64,000 nt of DNA from an uncultured Verrucomicrobiae bacterium (GCA_963742335.1 CAVULL010000022.1:110655-174654), one strand, 5' to 3'; shown: positions 30,453-41,322, counted from the first letter of the stretch. Numbers and translations are program-made. The notes: generated by a model not told the origin, from the sequence alone.

Positions 30453-32507
30453 TCAGCTCCACATTTTGCGCATCCGTGCAGCGACATCGGCCCGTGGAAA
30501 TCCTCCAGGCTCTTCGTTAGTGTTCTGGCCTCCCGCAGGCCAAACTCGACATTCAAAAAGCTCGAGCATGGCCTCCGGAATGAAACGACTGCGCGGGGCA
30601 AACATGTAAGAGTCTCCGAAGCGATGCTGTTGATTCCGGAAAAACCGAAGGGGCTGAATTAAATGGAGATGCAACTTGGCACGCGTCATCGCGACAGCTA
30701 AAATGCGGCGCTCTTCTTCTATCCTTGCCGGACTACCCGCCGCCATGTCCGAAGGTATGCAACCGTCAGCGATATTAAGAATGAAGACCACGTCCCACTC
30801 CTGTCCCTTAGCGGAATGGATGGTCGATAAAATCAGGTAATCTTCGTCAAGCAACGGTGCCCCGGCTTCGGCACCGGTGGCTTCCGGGGGATCCAGCGTA
30901 AGCTCTGTCAGAAAACGCTCGCGCGTCGCAAACCCTGCCGAGATCTGTTCCAATTTTTCCAGGTCACCCGCACGAGCCGCAGGGTGGTCGTAAATCCTCT
31001 CTAGATGTGGCTCATACCACCGCCGAACAAGCGCAAGTTGTCCCAACCATTCGGTCGCAGAGTCGCGAAGCCGGATCATCGTTAGGCAGAACGAATCCCA
31101 ATGCGGTACCGATGCGCTCGGCACGATGACAGTTTTCAGCGCCGGGAATAAGAACTCGCTTTCCGACAGGCGAAATAGCACGCGCCTGGCCGCGGCAGGT
31201 CCGAAACCGGGCAAAAGCTGAAGCACCCGGAATCCTGCCACCGTGTCTCTCGGGTTCTCGGCCCAACGAAGCATACACAAAACGTCTTTGACGTGCGCAG
31301 CCTCGAGGAATTTCAGGCCGCCATATTTCACAAAAGGGATGTTCCGTCGGGCCAGCTCGACCTCCAGGGCAGCGCTATGGTGCGCGGTGCGAAACAAAAC
31401 GGCCTGGCGCTTGAGGTCGATGCCGGCTTCGCGGTGTTCCAGGATGCGTTCTACCACGTACTGGACCTGTGCCGTCTCATCGGCGGCGCTGATAAATTGG
31501 GGCTTCTCGCCCATTAGCTTCGCCGAGAAGAGGCGCTTCGAATAGCATTCCGTCGCCTGTGCGATGACTGCATTGCTCGCATCGAGTATCGGCTGCGTGG
31601 AGCGGTAGTTTTGTTCCAACGTCACGACCGTTGCCGGCGGCGAGAATTGCTTCGGAAAATCCAGGATATTGCGCACGCTCGCAGAACGAAATGAATAGAT
31701 CGATTGCGCATCGTCGCCAACCACAGCCACGCCGCGACCGTCGGGCTTCATGCGAAGAAGGATCGCTGCCTGGAGCGCATTGGTGTCCTGATATTCGTCG
31801 ACCAGGACGTGGTCGAATCTCGCTCCCACAGCTGCCGCGAGATCAGGCTCCTCCATCATATGCCGCCAATAAAGGAGGAGATCGTCATAGTCGAGCACGT
31901 TGTTCCGTTGCTTCAAAAGGACGTACTCTCGAAATAGCTCCTTGAGTTCCTCGGTCCATTCAGCGCACCAGGGAAACGCGACCTCGAGCGTTCCCGCTAT
32001 CTCACAGCATGCATTCACCGTATGGGAATAGATCGCCAGACAGGTCTCCTTTTTCGGGAAACGCGACGCCTTCCTAGACAAGCCCAAATCGGTCCGGACA
32101 AAATTCATCAGGTCACCCGCATCGGAGCGGTCCAAAACAGTGAAAGAGGGATCCAGTCCAATCGACACTGCATGAAGGCGGAGCAGTCTGTTCGAAATAC
32201 CGTGAAATGTTCCGGACCACGGGATGTCAACGGCCCGAACGCATGTCGCATACGTGCCAGACGTGCCACGTGTCTCGCCAAGGACCCTCGCAGCGCGCCG
32301 TGTCATTTCCGCTGCTGCCCGACGCGTAAATGTCAGCAAAAGAATACGATGAGGATCCGCTCCGTTGAGAACGAGGTGAGCCATGCGATGGGTAAGCGTT
32401 TTTGTCTTACCCGTTCCGGCGCCGGCGATGATCAGCAGCGGCGGCGGCAACCCTTGACCACAAATGCCGTACTCAACCGCCGCCCTTTGGCTTTCGTTCA
32501 GGTCCAT
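30453..32507 (-). CDS. UvrD/PcrA/Rep-type superfamily 1 DNA helicase
   Basis: Helicase motifs 'AGAGTGKT', 'VDEYQDTN', 'VGDDAQSIYSFR', 'QNYRST' and 'TIHSAKGQEWD'. The 684-aa ORF is intact. Confidence 0.9.
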   Translation of the reverse strand: MDLNESQRAAVEYGICGQGLPPPLLIIAGAGTGKTKTLTHRMAHLVLNGADPHRILLLTFTRRAAAEMTRRAARVLGETRGTSGTYATCVRAVDIPWSGTFHGISNRLLRLHAVSIGLDPSFTVLDRSDAGDLMNFVRTDLGLSRKASRFPKKETCLAIYSHTVNACCEIAGTLEVAFPWCAEWTEELKELFREYVLLKQRNNVLDYDDLLLYWRHMMEEPDLAAAVGARFDHVLVDEYQDTNALQAAILLRMKPDGRGVAVVGDDAQSIYSFRSASVRNILDFPKQFSPPATVVTLEQNYRSTQPILDASNAVIAQATECYSKRLFSAKLMGEKPQFISAADETAQVQYVVERILEHREAGIDLKRQAVLFRTAHHSAALEVELARRNIPFVKYGGLKFLEAAHVKDVLCMLRWAENPRDTVAGFRVLQLLPGFGPAAARRVLFRLSESEFLFPALKTVIVPSASVPHWDSFCLTMIRLRDSATEWLGQLALVRRWYEPHLERIYDHPAARAGDLEKLEQISAGFATRERFLTELTLDPPEATGAEAGAPLLDEDYLILSTIHSAKGQEWDVVFILNIADGCIPSDMAAGSPARIEEERRILAVAMTRAKLHLHLIQPLRFFRNQQHRFGDSYMFAPRSRFIPEAMLELFECRVWPAGGQNTNEEPGGFPRADVAARMRKMWS

Positions 32508-32763
32508 AGAGTCGCCGCGTCAGACTCAAGCCTCCTCAATTGCGTTGAAAGTCAGAATCGGGCCAAATCCCCCACCCACTTACAAATGAATTTCCGCTGA
32601 GTGAGAATGGCGGTCTCGGTCATACCCGTATATTGTATTGGCCGCTTTTTAAAACACAAGATGATGTTATGTAAAAGTCTAAGTTGCGAACCCCTCCAGC
32701 GCAAATTCCGTTGCAAGCTGTTGTAGACGGATCTTCCGTTGCGGTTTACACTCCTGATTCGCA

Positions 32764-33555
32764 ATGAAATCGATCTGGAAAGGCTCGATTGCCTTCGGCC
32801 TGGTAAACATTCCCGTCCGGTTATACTCAGCCACTGAAAGCCAGAGTTTAGCCTCCCACATGCTCTACAAGAAGGATCTCTCGAGAATCCGCTTCCAGCG
32901 TGTCGCTGAGTCAACCGGGAAAGAAGTTCCCGCCGAAGAAATCGTCCGAGGCTACGAAGTCGAAAAAGGTCAATATGTGATTCTTTCCGACGAAGAGCTC
33001 AACGAGGTAGCTCCCGAAAAATCTGCGGTTATCGAGATTCAGGAGTTTGTCAGTGAGTCCGAGATTTCCACTCTTTATTTTGAAAAACCCTACTATCTTG
33101 AACCCGACAAGAGCGCTGGAAAGGCCTATGCTCTGCTTCGCGAAGCATTGGTCAAGACCGGGAAAGTCGGCGTTGCCCAGTTTGTTTTACGCAACAGAGA
33201 AAGTCTCTGCGTTCTCAAATCTCAAGGCGAAGGACTGGTCCTCAACGCTCTTCGGTACGTCGGCGAAATTCGGACCATGGAGGAACTCTCACTTCCCTCA
33301 AAAGAAAAGATTTCCGCCAGCGAGGTTTCTCTGGCCACGAAGCTGATTGAAGGGATGGCCGATAAATTCGATCCGTCAAAATACCGCGACACTTATACGG
33401 AAGAGGTTCAGAAGTTGATCGAAGCCAAGGCAAAAGGTCAGAAACGCCGTGCCGCCCCTCCTAAGCCCGCCAAGAGCAACGTCATCGACTTGGTCGCCGC
33501 TCTCCAGGAAAGCCTCGGAACAGTAAAAAAAGGTAAGAAGCGGACAGCCGCCTAA
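32764..33555 (+). CDS. ku: Ku protein (bacterial non-homologous end joining)
   Basis: 'MKSIWKGSIAFGLVNIPVRLYSAT' is the canonical bacterial Ku N-terminus. A Lys-rich C-terminal tail is present. Confidence 0.9.
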   Translation: MKSIWKGSIAFGLVNIPVRLYSATESQSLASHMLYKKDLSRIRFQRVAESTGKEVPAEEIVRGYEVEKGQYVILSDEELNEVAPEKSAVIEIQEFVSESEISTLYFEKPYYLEPDKSAGKAYALLREALVKTGKVGVAQFVLRNRESLCVLKSQGEGLVLNALRYVGEIRTMEELSLPSKEKISASEVSLATKLIEGMADKFDPSKYRDTYTEEVQKLIEAKAKGQKRRAAPPKPAKSNVIDLVAALQESLGTVKKGKKRTAA

Positions 33556-34072
33556 GCACCTGTTCGTCGAGGTCCCTGGCGCTTTCTGCCGTTAGGACCA
33601 CCTTACGGTGAATCGCTGAGGGCTATAGTACATCGTCTCATAGAGACATACCGCCGTCGGCGCTTTGGCCGATTTTCAAGGCGCCGAGCGACATGTATCG
33701 AATCGGGATATCTTTCGTGGGTCAGGCGGATTTGAGGGCGAACGGCGGGTTCGCGGAAAACCGGAATCCAATCTTTTATGCGAGCCGTAAGCGCAAATTA
33801 CCGGCCAGCCCCTTATGATAACCGTTCTCGCAATTACCCAGTTTGTATTTCTCTTCTTAGGGACAATTTTTTTAAAGGGCATGGTGAATGCAAACGGAGA
33901 TATTACGTCGTCACCTTACTTTCAGTTTCTCAATAAAAATTGGCCATGGTTGTTTCTGATTCCCGTTGTCGGCATTGGGTATGCTCAACTCTCCTATTAC
34001 TCAAAGCATCGAAGTCTTCCAGCCTGGCCGGCCTATGTCCTCGTTCATTGGGCGAGTCGTCAAGGAGAACCA

Positions 34073-34636
34073 TTAGTGAGATGGACGGCCGTGGTACGCG
34101 TTCCAGTAGTGATTCACGGCCCACAGCTCCTGATGAAGACCCCAAGTAAATTTGCGACGATAAAAGCCGTCGGGATCGTCAACATCGGATAGCCGGTTAT
34201 ACCCACGGTGCCCTATCATCCTATCTTCTACAACAATGCTGTCGTGATGTGCTATCGAGTAAAGAAAGAGATCCATCACACGCTGATTCTCGAATCCAAC
34301 TTTGTAGGAAGGTAAGCGTATCTTAGGGCTCTCAGGATAAATCTCGCGATCCTCGACCCTTTGCCATTGGCCAACGCCTTCTAACTCGAAGGAATAACTC
34401 TGGTATAATCTGGCTGTATGATCCGGTAGAAAAACCAAGAAATATCCCAACATCTTATTGATCCAAATATCCACGATCGGATCGGACCTGCTCACTGGGA
34501 GCGGGCTCTCCGGAAGGGATTTATCTAAATTGCAAAAGCACCTCGCCAAAACCAGGCAACAGCCGACGACGAACAGGAAAGCCAGAGAGAACTTTGGGCG
34601 GGTGTTCTTGGGGCCGGCAGTGCTTGACGGGTCCAT
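34073..34636 (-). CDS. Hypothetical membrane-anchored protein
   Basis: An N-terminal hydrophobic segment 'FSLAFLFVVGCCLVLA' is followed by a ~150-aa soluble part. No family was recognised. Confidence 0.4.
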   Translation of the reverse strand: MDPSSTAGPKNTRPKFSLAFLFVVGCCLVLARCFCNLDKSLPESPLPVSRSDPIVDIWINKMLGYFLVFLPDHTARLYQSYSFELEGVGQWQRVEDREIYPESPKIRLPSYKVGFENQRVMDLFLYSIAHHDSIVVEDRMIGHRGYNRLSDVDDPDGFYRRKFTWGLHQELWAVNHYWNAYHGRPSH

Positions 34637-34773
34637 CGTCTGGTAGATCCTTCGCGTTCGTCAAGTTCACTGTACCGCTTGAAAAGCTGCGCTGCCAGCG
34701 TACAATCTGAGCCTCGGAAGGAAGATTTTCGTCGCGATAGTCAGCCCCCTCTTCGACCTAACTTTGTAACCTT

Positions 34774-35952
34774 ATGTTATGTATCCATAACGCAAGTCTG
34801 GTTTTGACCGATCGGATTGTAGATCGCGGCTGGATACTGTTAAAGGGTGACTTAATCATGGCGATTGGACAGGGTCTCCCTCCGGAAAACCACCAGCACG
34901 TGGACGCTGAGGGCCTTTATCTTGCTCCTGGATTCATAGATCTCCACGTTCACGGAGGGCGGGGGGCCGATTTTTTGGATGCCACTCCTGAAGCGTTTCA
35001 AACAGTGGCGGATTTTCATCTTTCTGGAGGAACAACCGGAATCTGTCCCACGGCGGCCACGGCTACTTACAACGATTACCTAGCTTTCCTGGATGCCTGG
35101 GAATCGGCTAAGAGTAAGTCAAGAGTCCGTCTTTTGCCTGTCCATCTTGAGGGACCACATCTTGCCCCATCAAAAGCCGGCGCCCAGAATGCTAAGCTGA
35201 TGATCGCACCGGAAGCCAAACAGAAGGATTGGATTTTATCGCGCGCGCGAAGCATCTCCCAGGTGACAATAGCTCCGGAATTGCCAGGCGCTTTACAACT
35301 CATAGAGGCTGTCACCCAGGCTGGTGTAGTAATAAGCGCCGGACACACAGAAGCGTCCGACGAAGATATGCGGGCCTCCGTTGTGGCCGGCCTGACGAAA
35401 GTCACCCATCTGTTCAATGCCATGTCCACCGCATCGAAACGAGGATTATTCCGACAGGCCGGTGCTATGGAATTCGCCTTATCTGACGAAAATATCTTCT
35501 GTGAGCTGGTGGCTGACGGATTTCATGTCTCGCCAACGCTATTAAAACTAGCCTATCGAGCGAAAGGTCCGGAACGGATTGCTCTCGTCTCAGATTCCTT
35601 GGCAGGAGCCGGCTTGCCAGAGGGTGCCAAATTCCAACTCGGCAGCGTACCTTGCAAAGTCGGCCCAGGGTACGGCGTGCTCGAGGATGGATCAGCCCTG
35701 GCGGGGAGTTTGGCCCGGACGATTGATTTGGTCCGGGTAATGACTCAGCAAGGGGAAGTACCGCTGTTCAACTCTGTGCGGATGGCCTCTCTTACTCCAG
35801 CGACGATTTTAGGGATCGACGCTCGATTTGGATCCATTCAGCCAAACAAAATCGCGGATCTGGTACTCTTTGATGACCGCTTTATGGTCCGGGATGTCTG
35901 GATTGGCGGAAAGCTTGTTTTCGATCAACTCGATCCTATGAAGGAGAGATAA
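34774..35952 (+). CDS. nagA: N-acetylglucosamine-6-phosphate deacetylase
   Basis: 'GFIDLHVHGG', 'VHLEGPHL', 'SAGHTEA' and 'THLFNAM' are amidohydrolase/NagA motifs in the canonical order. Confidence 0.85.
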   Translation: MLCIHNASLVLTDRIVDRGWILLKGDLIMAIGQGLPPENHQHVDAEGLYLAPGFIDLHVHGGRGADFLDATPEAFQTVADFHLSGGTTGICPTAATATYNDYLAFLDAWESAKSKSRVRLLPVHLEGPHLAPSKAGAQNAKLMIAPEAKQKDWILSRARSISQVTIAPELPGALQLIEAVTQAGVVISAGHTEASDEDMRASVVAGLTKVTHLFNAMSTASKRGLFRQAGAMEFALSDENIFCELVADGFHVSPTLLKLAYRAKGPERIALVSDSLAGAGLPEGAKFQLGSVPCKVGPGYGVLEDGSALAGSLARTIDLVRVMTQQGEVPLFNSVRMASLTPATILGIDARFGSIQPNKIADLVLFDDRFMVRDVWIGGKLVFDQLDPMKER

Positions 35953-36103
35953 TCAGAATGAGTCTAACATTTGCCCACACACCGCAAACAGTACCGAAGC
36001 TCCCACTACTGACGCCCGCCATGACCGCCCCCGCCGCCGTGACCGCCACCCCCGCCGCAAGGGGATCTGGGGCTGACATAGCATAGGTTTCCAGTCTTTT
36101 CGT

Positions 36104-39100
36104 CTACTTCCGGCTAACGAACTTCATCACCAGTGAGAAAAAGACGGGCGTCAAGAAGATTCCGAAAAAGGTGACTCCAATCATTCCCGCAAAAACGGCG
36201 GTGCCCAACGCTTGATCCATCTCGGCGCCCGCTCCTCGGGCAATGACGAGCGGTAGCACGCCAAGAATAAACGCGAACGAGGTCATCAAAATCGGTCTCA
36301 ACCGGAGCCGAGATGCTTCGGCTGCAGCCTCGATTCGGTTCTTTCCCGCCTCGGTTTGTTGTTTGGCAAATTCCACGATCAGAATGGCGTTCTTACAGGC
36401 CAATCCGACCAGAACGATGAATCCGATCTGCGTAAAAATGTTGTTGTCCTGCCCCCTGAAATAAACGCCCCCCAGGGCAGACAAGAGACACATTGGAACA
36501 ATCAAAATGACCGCCAAAGGCAAGGACCAACTTTCGTATTGGGCTGCCAGCGTCAAAAAGACGAAAAGGACGCAGAGCGGGAAAATGAAGAGCGCGGTAT
36601 TGCCAGCAGTAACCTGTTGGAAAGTCAGCTGAGTCCATTCGAATGCAAACTGGCTTGGTAAATCGGCCCGGCAGATTCTTTCCATGGCAGCGATCGCCTG
36701 GCCGGAACTGACTCCAGGAAGAGTGGCTCCTTGGATTTGCGCCGCGGGATAAACGTTGTAGTGGCCCACGGTATCCGGTCCATTGATTCGCCGAACCCGC
36801 ATCAGGCTTCCCAAGGGGACCATTCCTCCAGAATTGTTGCGGGCATACATGCTTAAAATCTGTTCTGCCTTCGAGCGGAAAGCTGCCTCGCCTTGCAGAT
36901 TCACTTGGTAAGTACGTCCTATGAAATTGAAATCATCAACGTAGTTCGATCCGAGATAGCTTTGCAGAGTGTTGAAGACGGAGCTGATTGGCACATTGAG
37001 GGTCTGCACCTTCTCTCGGTCAATATCCAAGAATAACTGAGGCACCTGAGACCGATAGGTAGTGAAAACGCCGGCCATCCCAGGCTCTGCATTTGCCGCG
37101 GCGACCACGGCATCGGTGGCCTCCTGCAAGCGGGCCAAGCCAGCGTTTCGCCGATCCTCAACTTCTAGTTGGAAGCCACCCGCATTACCCATCCCGCGGA
37201 CGGAAGGAGGCTGGATGGCAATCACGAACGCATCCTGAATAGAGGAGACTTCCGCTTGCAATTTCTTGATCATCACGTTGGCGGCTTGTTCGGGGTGACC
37301 AATGCGCTCGCTAAAAGGCTTAAGTGGGAAAAAGACTGTTAAGGCATTCGATTTGGTCGTTGAATCCAAAATTGATAAGCCTTCGATCGCGAAGGTGATC
37401 GCCACCCCAGGCATCTTTTTTCCTAGCTCCCCAACCTGCCGCCGAATGTCATCGGTTCTTTGCAGCGACGCGCCATCAGGTAATTGCGCAAAAACGATCA
37501 AATAACCCTGGTCCATCTCTGGAATGAATCCGCTGGGCACGATCTTGAACATGGTGCCGGTTAAAACAAGGAGCCCTAGATAGACAACCACAACCAACGC
37601 GCTAAACCGCAAGAGCCGGTGAACGACAGATCCGTATCTGGCGATCCCAAAATCGAATGTCCGATTGAACAGCCTGAAAAACCAACCTGCCAGTCCATCG
37701 ATCAACCGTGTCAGGAGATCTTTCTTCGCGTCCTTCGGCTTGATCAACAATGCGGCTAGAGCCGGACTTAAGGTCAGCGAGTTAAACGCCGAAATCAGGG
37801 TTGCGCTGGCAATCGTTAAAGCGAATTGACGATAAAACTGACCACTGATGCCACTCACCAGAGCGGTCGGAACGAACACCGCTGTCAGCACGACCGCGAT
37901 CGAGACGACCGCGCCTCCCACCTCGTCCATCGCTTTGCGCGTCGCTGCTTTCGGACTTAAGCCGCGTTCGACCCACCGCTCGACATTCTCAACAACCACA
38001 ATTGCGTCGTCGACGACGATCCCGATAGCGAGCACCAGCCCAAACAATGAAAGTGAGTTCAATGAGAACCCTAGAAGTGCCATCACGACAAACGTGCCGA
38101 TCAAAGAAACCGGCACCGCAATCAACGGGATCAGAGCAATTCTCCAGGATTGCAGGAACACCATGACCACAATAACGACCAGGATAATCGCGGTCCGGAG
38201 CGTCTCGTAGACCGCATCAATCGATTGCTGCGTAAAAAGCGTCGGATCATACGGAATGAGATATTCCATTCCTGGCGGAAAAGATTTAGCCAATTCAGCC
38301 ATCTCTTGTTTCACCAGGGCGGCTGTCTTTAACTCGTTCGATCCAGGCAATTGAAAGACGCCGATCGCCACAGCAGGCACGGTACCATCCTGGTAACTAC
38401 TGCTGGTGTAGCTTTCACCGCCAAGTTCCAGTCGTGCTACATCTTTCAGATAAACCAATTGCCCGTTGGCTCCACGTTTCAGGATGATCTTTTCGAAATC
38501 CTCCGGTGTGACGAGTCGACCTTTGGTGCTGAGGATTAATTGGAATTCCGTTTTCGGACGAGCGGGCTCTGATCCAATGCTGCCCGCAGCGACCTGAACA
38601 TTCTGCGCCTGAACAGCGTTTACGACGTCGTCCGCGGTCAATCCCCGGGCGAAAAGCAAATCTGGGTTTAACCAGACACGCATACTATACGGCTGCGCTC
38701 CGAATACTTGAACGTTCCCGACCCCGTCGATGCGCTTGAGCGAATCCTCTATCTGCGTGTAGGCATAGTTACTTAAATAGAGCGGACTATAGGCATTGTT
38801 CTTGGAGGTCAGTCCGATCGCCAGCATAATATCAGGCGACTGTTTTTGCGTGGTTACCCCTATGTTTCTAACTTCTAACGGTAACTGCGGCTGGGCAATC
38901 GCCACGCGGTTCTGGACCAGGACCTGCGCAATATTCGGATCGGTTCCAAGCTTGAAGGTAATTGTCAACTGCATCGTCCCGTCCATGGCCGATTCCGAAG
39001 ACATGTAGAGCATGTTCTCCACGCCGTTGACCTGCTGTTCGATCGGCTCGGCCACGGTCTCCGCAACTGTTTTAGGATCTGCCCCGGGATATTGCGCTTG

Positions 39101-39241
39101 AACCACGACCGTCGGTGGCGCGATCTCCGGGTATTGAGCCACCGGCAATGAGGTATACCCGATCAGTCCCAAGAGCACCGTCGTGACTGCCACCACGATC
39201 GCAAAGATAGGGCGATCAATGAAAAAATGAGATAATTTCAC
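36104..39241 (-). CDS. RND efflux transporter permease (AcrB/HAE1 type)
   Basis: The 1045-aa protein starts 'MKLSHFFIDRPIFAIVVAV' and has a duplicated 6-TM plus large-loop architecture. Confidence 0.9.
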   Translation of the reverse strand: MKLSHFFIDRPIFAIVVAVTTVLLGLIGYTSLPVAQYPEIAPPTVVVQAQYPGADPKTVAETVAEPIEQQVNGVENMLYMSSESAMDGTMQLTITFKLGTDPNIAQVLVQNRVAIAQPQLPLEVRNIGVTTQKQSPDIMLAIGLTSKNNAYSPLYLSNYAYTQIEDSLKRIDGVGNVQVFGAQPYSMRVWLNPDLLFARGLTADDVVNAVQAQNVQVAAGSIGSEPARPKTEFQLILSTKGRLVTPEDFEKIILKRGANGQLVYLKDVARLELGGESYTSSSYQDGTVPAVAIGVFQLPGSNELKTAALVKQEMAELAKSFPPGMEYLIPYDPTLFTQQSIDAVYETLRTAIILVVIVVMVFLQSWRIALIPLIAVPVSLIGTFVVMALLGFSLNSLSLFGLVLAIGIVVDDAIVVVENVERWVERGLSPKAATRKAMDEVGGAVVSIAVVLTAVFVPTALVSGISGQFYRQFALTIASATLISAFNSLTLSPALAALLIKPKDAKKDLLTRLIDGLAGWFFRLFNRTFDFGIARYGSVVHRLLRFSALVVVVYLGLLVLTGTMFKIVPSGFIPEMDQGYLIVFAQLPDGASLQRTDDIRRQVGELGKKMPGVAITFAIEGLSILDSTTKSNALTVFFPLKPFSERIGHPEQAANVMIKKLQAEVSSIQDAFVIAIQPPSVRGMGNAGGFQLEVEDRRNAGLARLQEATDAVVAAANAEPGMAGVFTTYRSQVPQLFLDIDREKVQTLNVPISSVFNTLQSYLGSNYVDDFNFIGRTYQVNLQGEAAFRSKAEQILSMYARNNSGGMVPLGSLMRVRRINGPDTVGHYNVYPAAQIQGATLPGVSSGQAIAAMERICRADLPSQFAFEWTQLTFQQVTAGNTALFIFPLCVLFVFLTLAAQYESWSLPLAVILIVPMCLLSALGGVYFRGQDNNIFTQIGFIVLVGLACKNAILIVEFAKQQTEAGKNRIEAAAEASRLRLRPILMTSFAFILGVLPLVIARGAGAEMDQALGTAVFAGMIGVTFFGIFLTPVFFSLVMKFVSRK

Positions 39242-39256
39242 GATCGGACTTCCCTC

Positions 39257-40474
39257 TCAGCGACTACCCTTTGTTCCCTCCCGACTCCCTCCAGAAACGT
39301 TTCCCTTTGCTCCGTTGATCGGTAATGAATCCTCGTTCGAAAGAAACTGCTCCATTTCCCCGCGCTCCGGTTTGACCGGGCTGCCCGGGCGCACTTTGAT
39401 GATCCCATTAACGATCACCACATCCTCCGGTTTGAGCCCCGTCTTTACCACTCTGAGCCCGTCCGACAGTTGGCCGATCGTGATCTGCCGTAGGCGCGCG
39501 ATGTTCTGACCATCGACGACGTATAAAAAACTCTGTCCCTGATCGGAACCGATGGCCCGGTCTGCAACAAGAAGCGCTTGATATCTCGGGCTCGACGCCA
39601 TGCGGATTCGCACAAATGCCCCGGGAATCAAGGAACCGTCAGCAGCCGGAAATGAACCTCGAATCAGAATTGTCCCGGTCGACGAATCGAAGGTGTTATC
39701 GGAAAAATCGATCTTACCAACATGTGGAAACCCCGTCTCGTCCTGCAGCTGGAGATAAACGGCAACCTTTCCATCTCGCGAATTTGAAATCCTGCCCTCT
39801 TGAACGAGCCGCTGATATTGCAACTCCGCTAATTCGTCCACGCTGAAGTAGGCATAGATCGGATCGATGCTGACTACCGTTGTCAGTTGAGTCGAGTCAG
39901 CCTGAACAAGATTCCCAATATTGACTAGCTGCCGACTGACGCGCCCGTTGATCGGGGACGTGACGCGGGTAAACTCAAGGTTTAGCTGGGCAGCGTTGAC
40001 CGCAGCTTGTGCGGAAACGACCTGCGCGGCTCCCTGACTCTTGTTGGAAAACGCCGTGTCAAAATCTTCTCTCGCAATGACCCCCGTATCGCGCAGATGC
40101 TGCTGACGTGCAAAGGTCGCGTCTTGCAGCTGTTGATTTGCCTGCGCTTGTTTGAGCTGTCCGACAGATTGATCATAAACGTCCTGGTAGGGCCTGGGAT
40201 CAATTTGGAAGAGTAAATCTCCCTTCTGAACGATGTCGCCCTCCTTGAAAGGAATGTCGACAATGTACCCGCTCACTCTCGGCGTTACGTTGACCAGATT
40301 TACGGCAGCCGTTCGTCCGGTGTATTCACTCCAATCAACGATTTCCTTCTGGACTGGCCTGCTCGTAGTCACGACCGGCGGGGAAGGCGCCTGCGGAGGC
40401 GGCTGTTTACTGCACCCGGCTGCCCACATGGCAAACGCCACCAGCCATGGTCCAACGAAAATGCCCTTTCTCAT
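39257..40474 (-). CDS. RND efflux periplasmic adaptor (membrane fusion protein)
   Basis: Lipoprotein-type signal '..AFAMWAAGCSKQ' is followed by biotinyl-lipoyl-like 'GYIVDIPFKEGDIVQKGDLLFQIDPRPY', a coiled-coil hairpin and beta-barrel domains. Confidence 0.85.
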   Translation of the reverse strand: MRKGIFVGPWLVAFAMWAAGCSKQPPPQAPSPPVVTTSRPVQKEIVDWSEYTGRTAAVNLVNVTPRVSGYIVDIPFKEGDIVQKGDLLFQIDPRPYQDVYDQSVGQLKQAQANQQLQDATFARQQHLRDTGVIAREDFDTAFSNKSQGAAQVVSAQAAVNAAQLNLEFTRVTSPINGRVSRQLVNIGNLVQADSTQLTTVVSIDPIYAYFSVDELAELQYQRLVQEGRISNSRDGKVAVYLQLQDETGFPHVGKIDFSDNTFDSSTGTILIRGSFPAADGSLIPGAFVRIRMASSPRYQALLVADRAIGSDQGQSFLYVVDGQNIARLRQITIGQLSDGLRVVKTGLKPEDVVIVNGIIKVRPGSPVKPERGEMEQFLSNEDSLPINGAKGNVSGGSREGTKGSR

Positions 40475-40758
40475 TTGCTTTGGTTTGTAGAGTGCGGTTG
40501 TCAGGAAAAATCCCACCGCGACAACAGATTTCTTTTTGGTATAGTCGACCCTTGTTGTCCTGCCGCACCGATGGTCGCGGGCCACGCTCCGGCCCAAGCC
40601 AGAGCAGGCATTCCGCGCCCGGAATTACTTTCACGGTCTGCGCCGTTTAGTCAAAAATTATTTGTACCGTTTAGTCCATATCTCCCTTTAAAGGCTCTCC
40701 AGTTAGTTAAATTACCCTTCTTAAAACCATGCTCTCGCCACCGGGACGCAAGTCGACG

Positions 40759-41322
40759 CTACTTGCCGGCGTTGTCTTTTGTGGAATAGATCCTCTCCCT
40801 TTCCCCGATCGCGAATGCGAAGTTAGCTAAAGCTGTTCGGAGTTGGTCCGACAAGGCCAGATCGGATGTGATTCCTGCAGCATCCAGGCTTCGGCCCCAG
40901 AGGGGCAAGGTAACCGAAGCGGAATCGATCAACCGTGCCGACATGGTCGTCAAGACCTCACGCAGCTGCGCTTGCGCATGGACCGCACGCTGTGAAGTAT
41001 TGATTAGGGCGATTGGCTTCCCCGGGAATTCAAAGCTGCTGACCAGCCAGTCCAACGCATTCTTGAGGGAACCCGAAACTCCGTGTGCATATTCGGGCGA
41101 GCTGATCAAGAGCCCGTTGCCGAGGCCGACCTCCCGTCGTAACGCCCTGACCGCTTCCGGAGGATCATCCGTATCCAGATCTGGATTAAAGTGAGGAAGG
41201 TTCCCCAAGCCCCGATAGAGTATAATTTGAGTGCCGGCCGGCGCCAGAATTGCCGCTGCCTGCAAGGCAGCAGTGTTCGAAGAAGCAGACCTCAAGCTAC
41301 CCGAAATTGCCAGGATGCGCAT
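40759..41322 (-). CDS. NAD(P)H-dependent FMN reductase family oxidoreductase
   Basis: 'MRILAISGSLRSASSNT..ISSPEYAHGVSGSLKNALDW'. Confidence 0.8.
   Translation of the reverse strand: MRILAISGSLRSASSNTAALQAAAILAPAGTQIILYRGLGNLPHFNPDLDTDDPPEAVRALRREVGLGNGLLISSPEYAHGVSGSLKNALDWLVSSFEFPGKPIALINTSQRAVHAQAQLREVLTTMSARLIDSASVTLPLWGRSLDAAGITSDLALSDQLRTALANFAFAIGERERIYSTKDNAGK

Noticed and set aside
32022-32600. 192-aa plus-strand ORF
   Set aside because: It is antisense to the N-terminal motifs of the UvrD-type helicase. It is a shadow ORF.
33815-34192. 125-aa plus-strand ORF with hydrophobic N-terminus
   Set aside because: It overlaps the 3' end of the convergent ORF 34073-34636 by 120 nt, and its C-terminal half looks non-protein-like. 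Possibly only the first ~70 codons are real. It is too uncertain to list as a feature.
35953-36103. 47-codon Ala/Gly-rich minus-strand sORF (MSAPDPLAAGVAVTAAGAV..) downstream of the RND permease
   Set aside because: It has no Shine-Dalgarno sequence, its composition is driven by a GC-rich run (gccgcc/ggcggg), and it overlaps the nagA 3' flank. There is insufficient support to call it.
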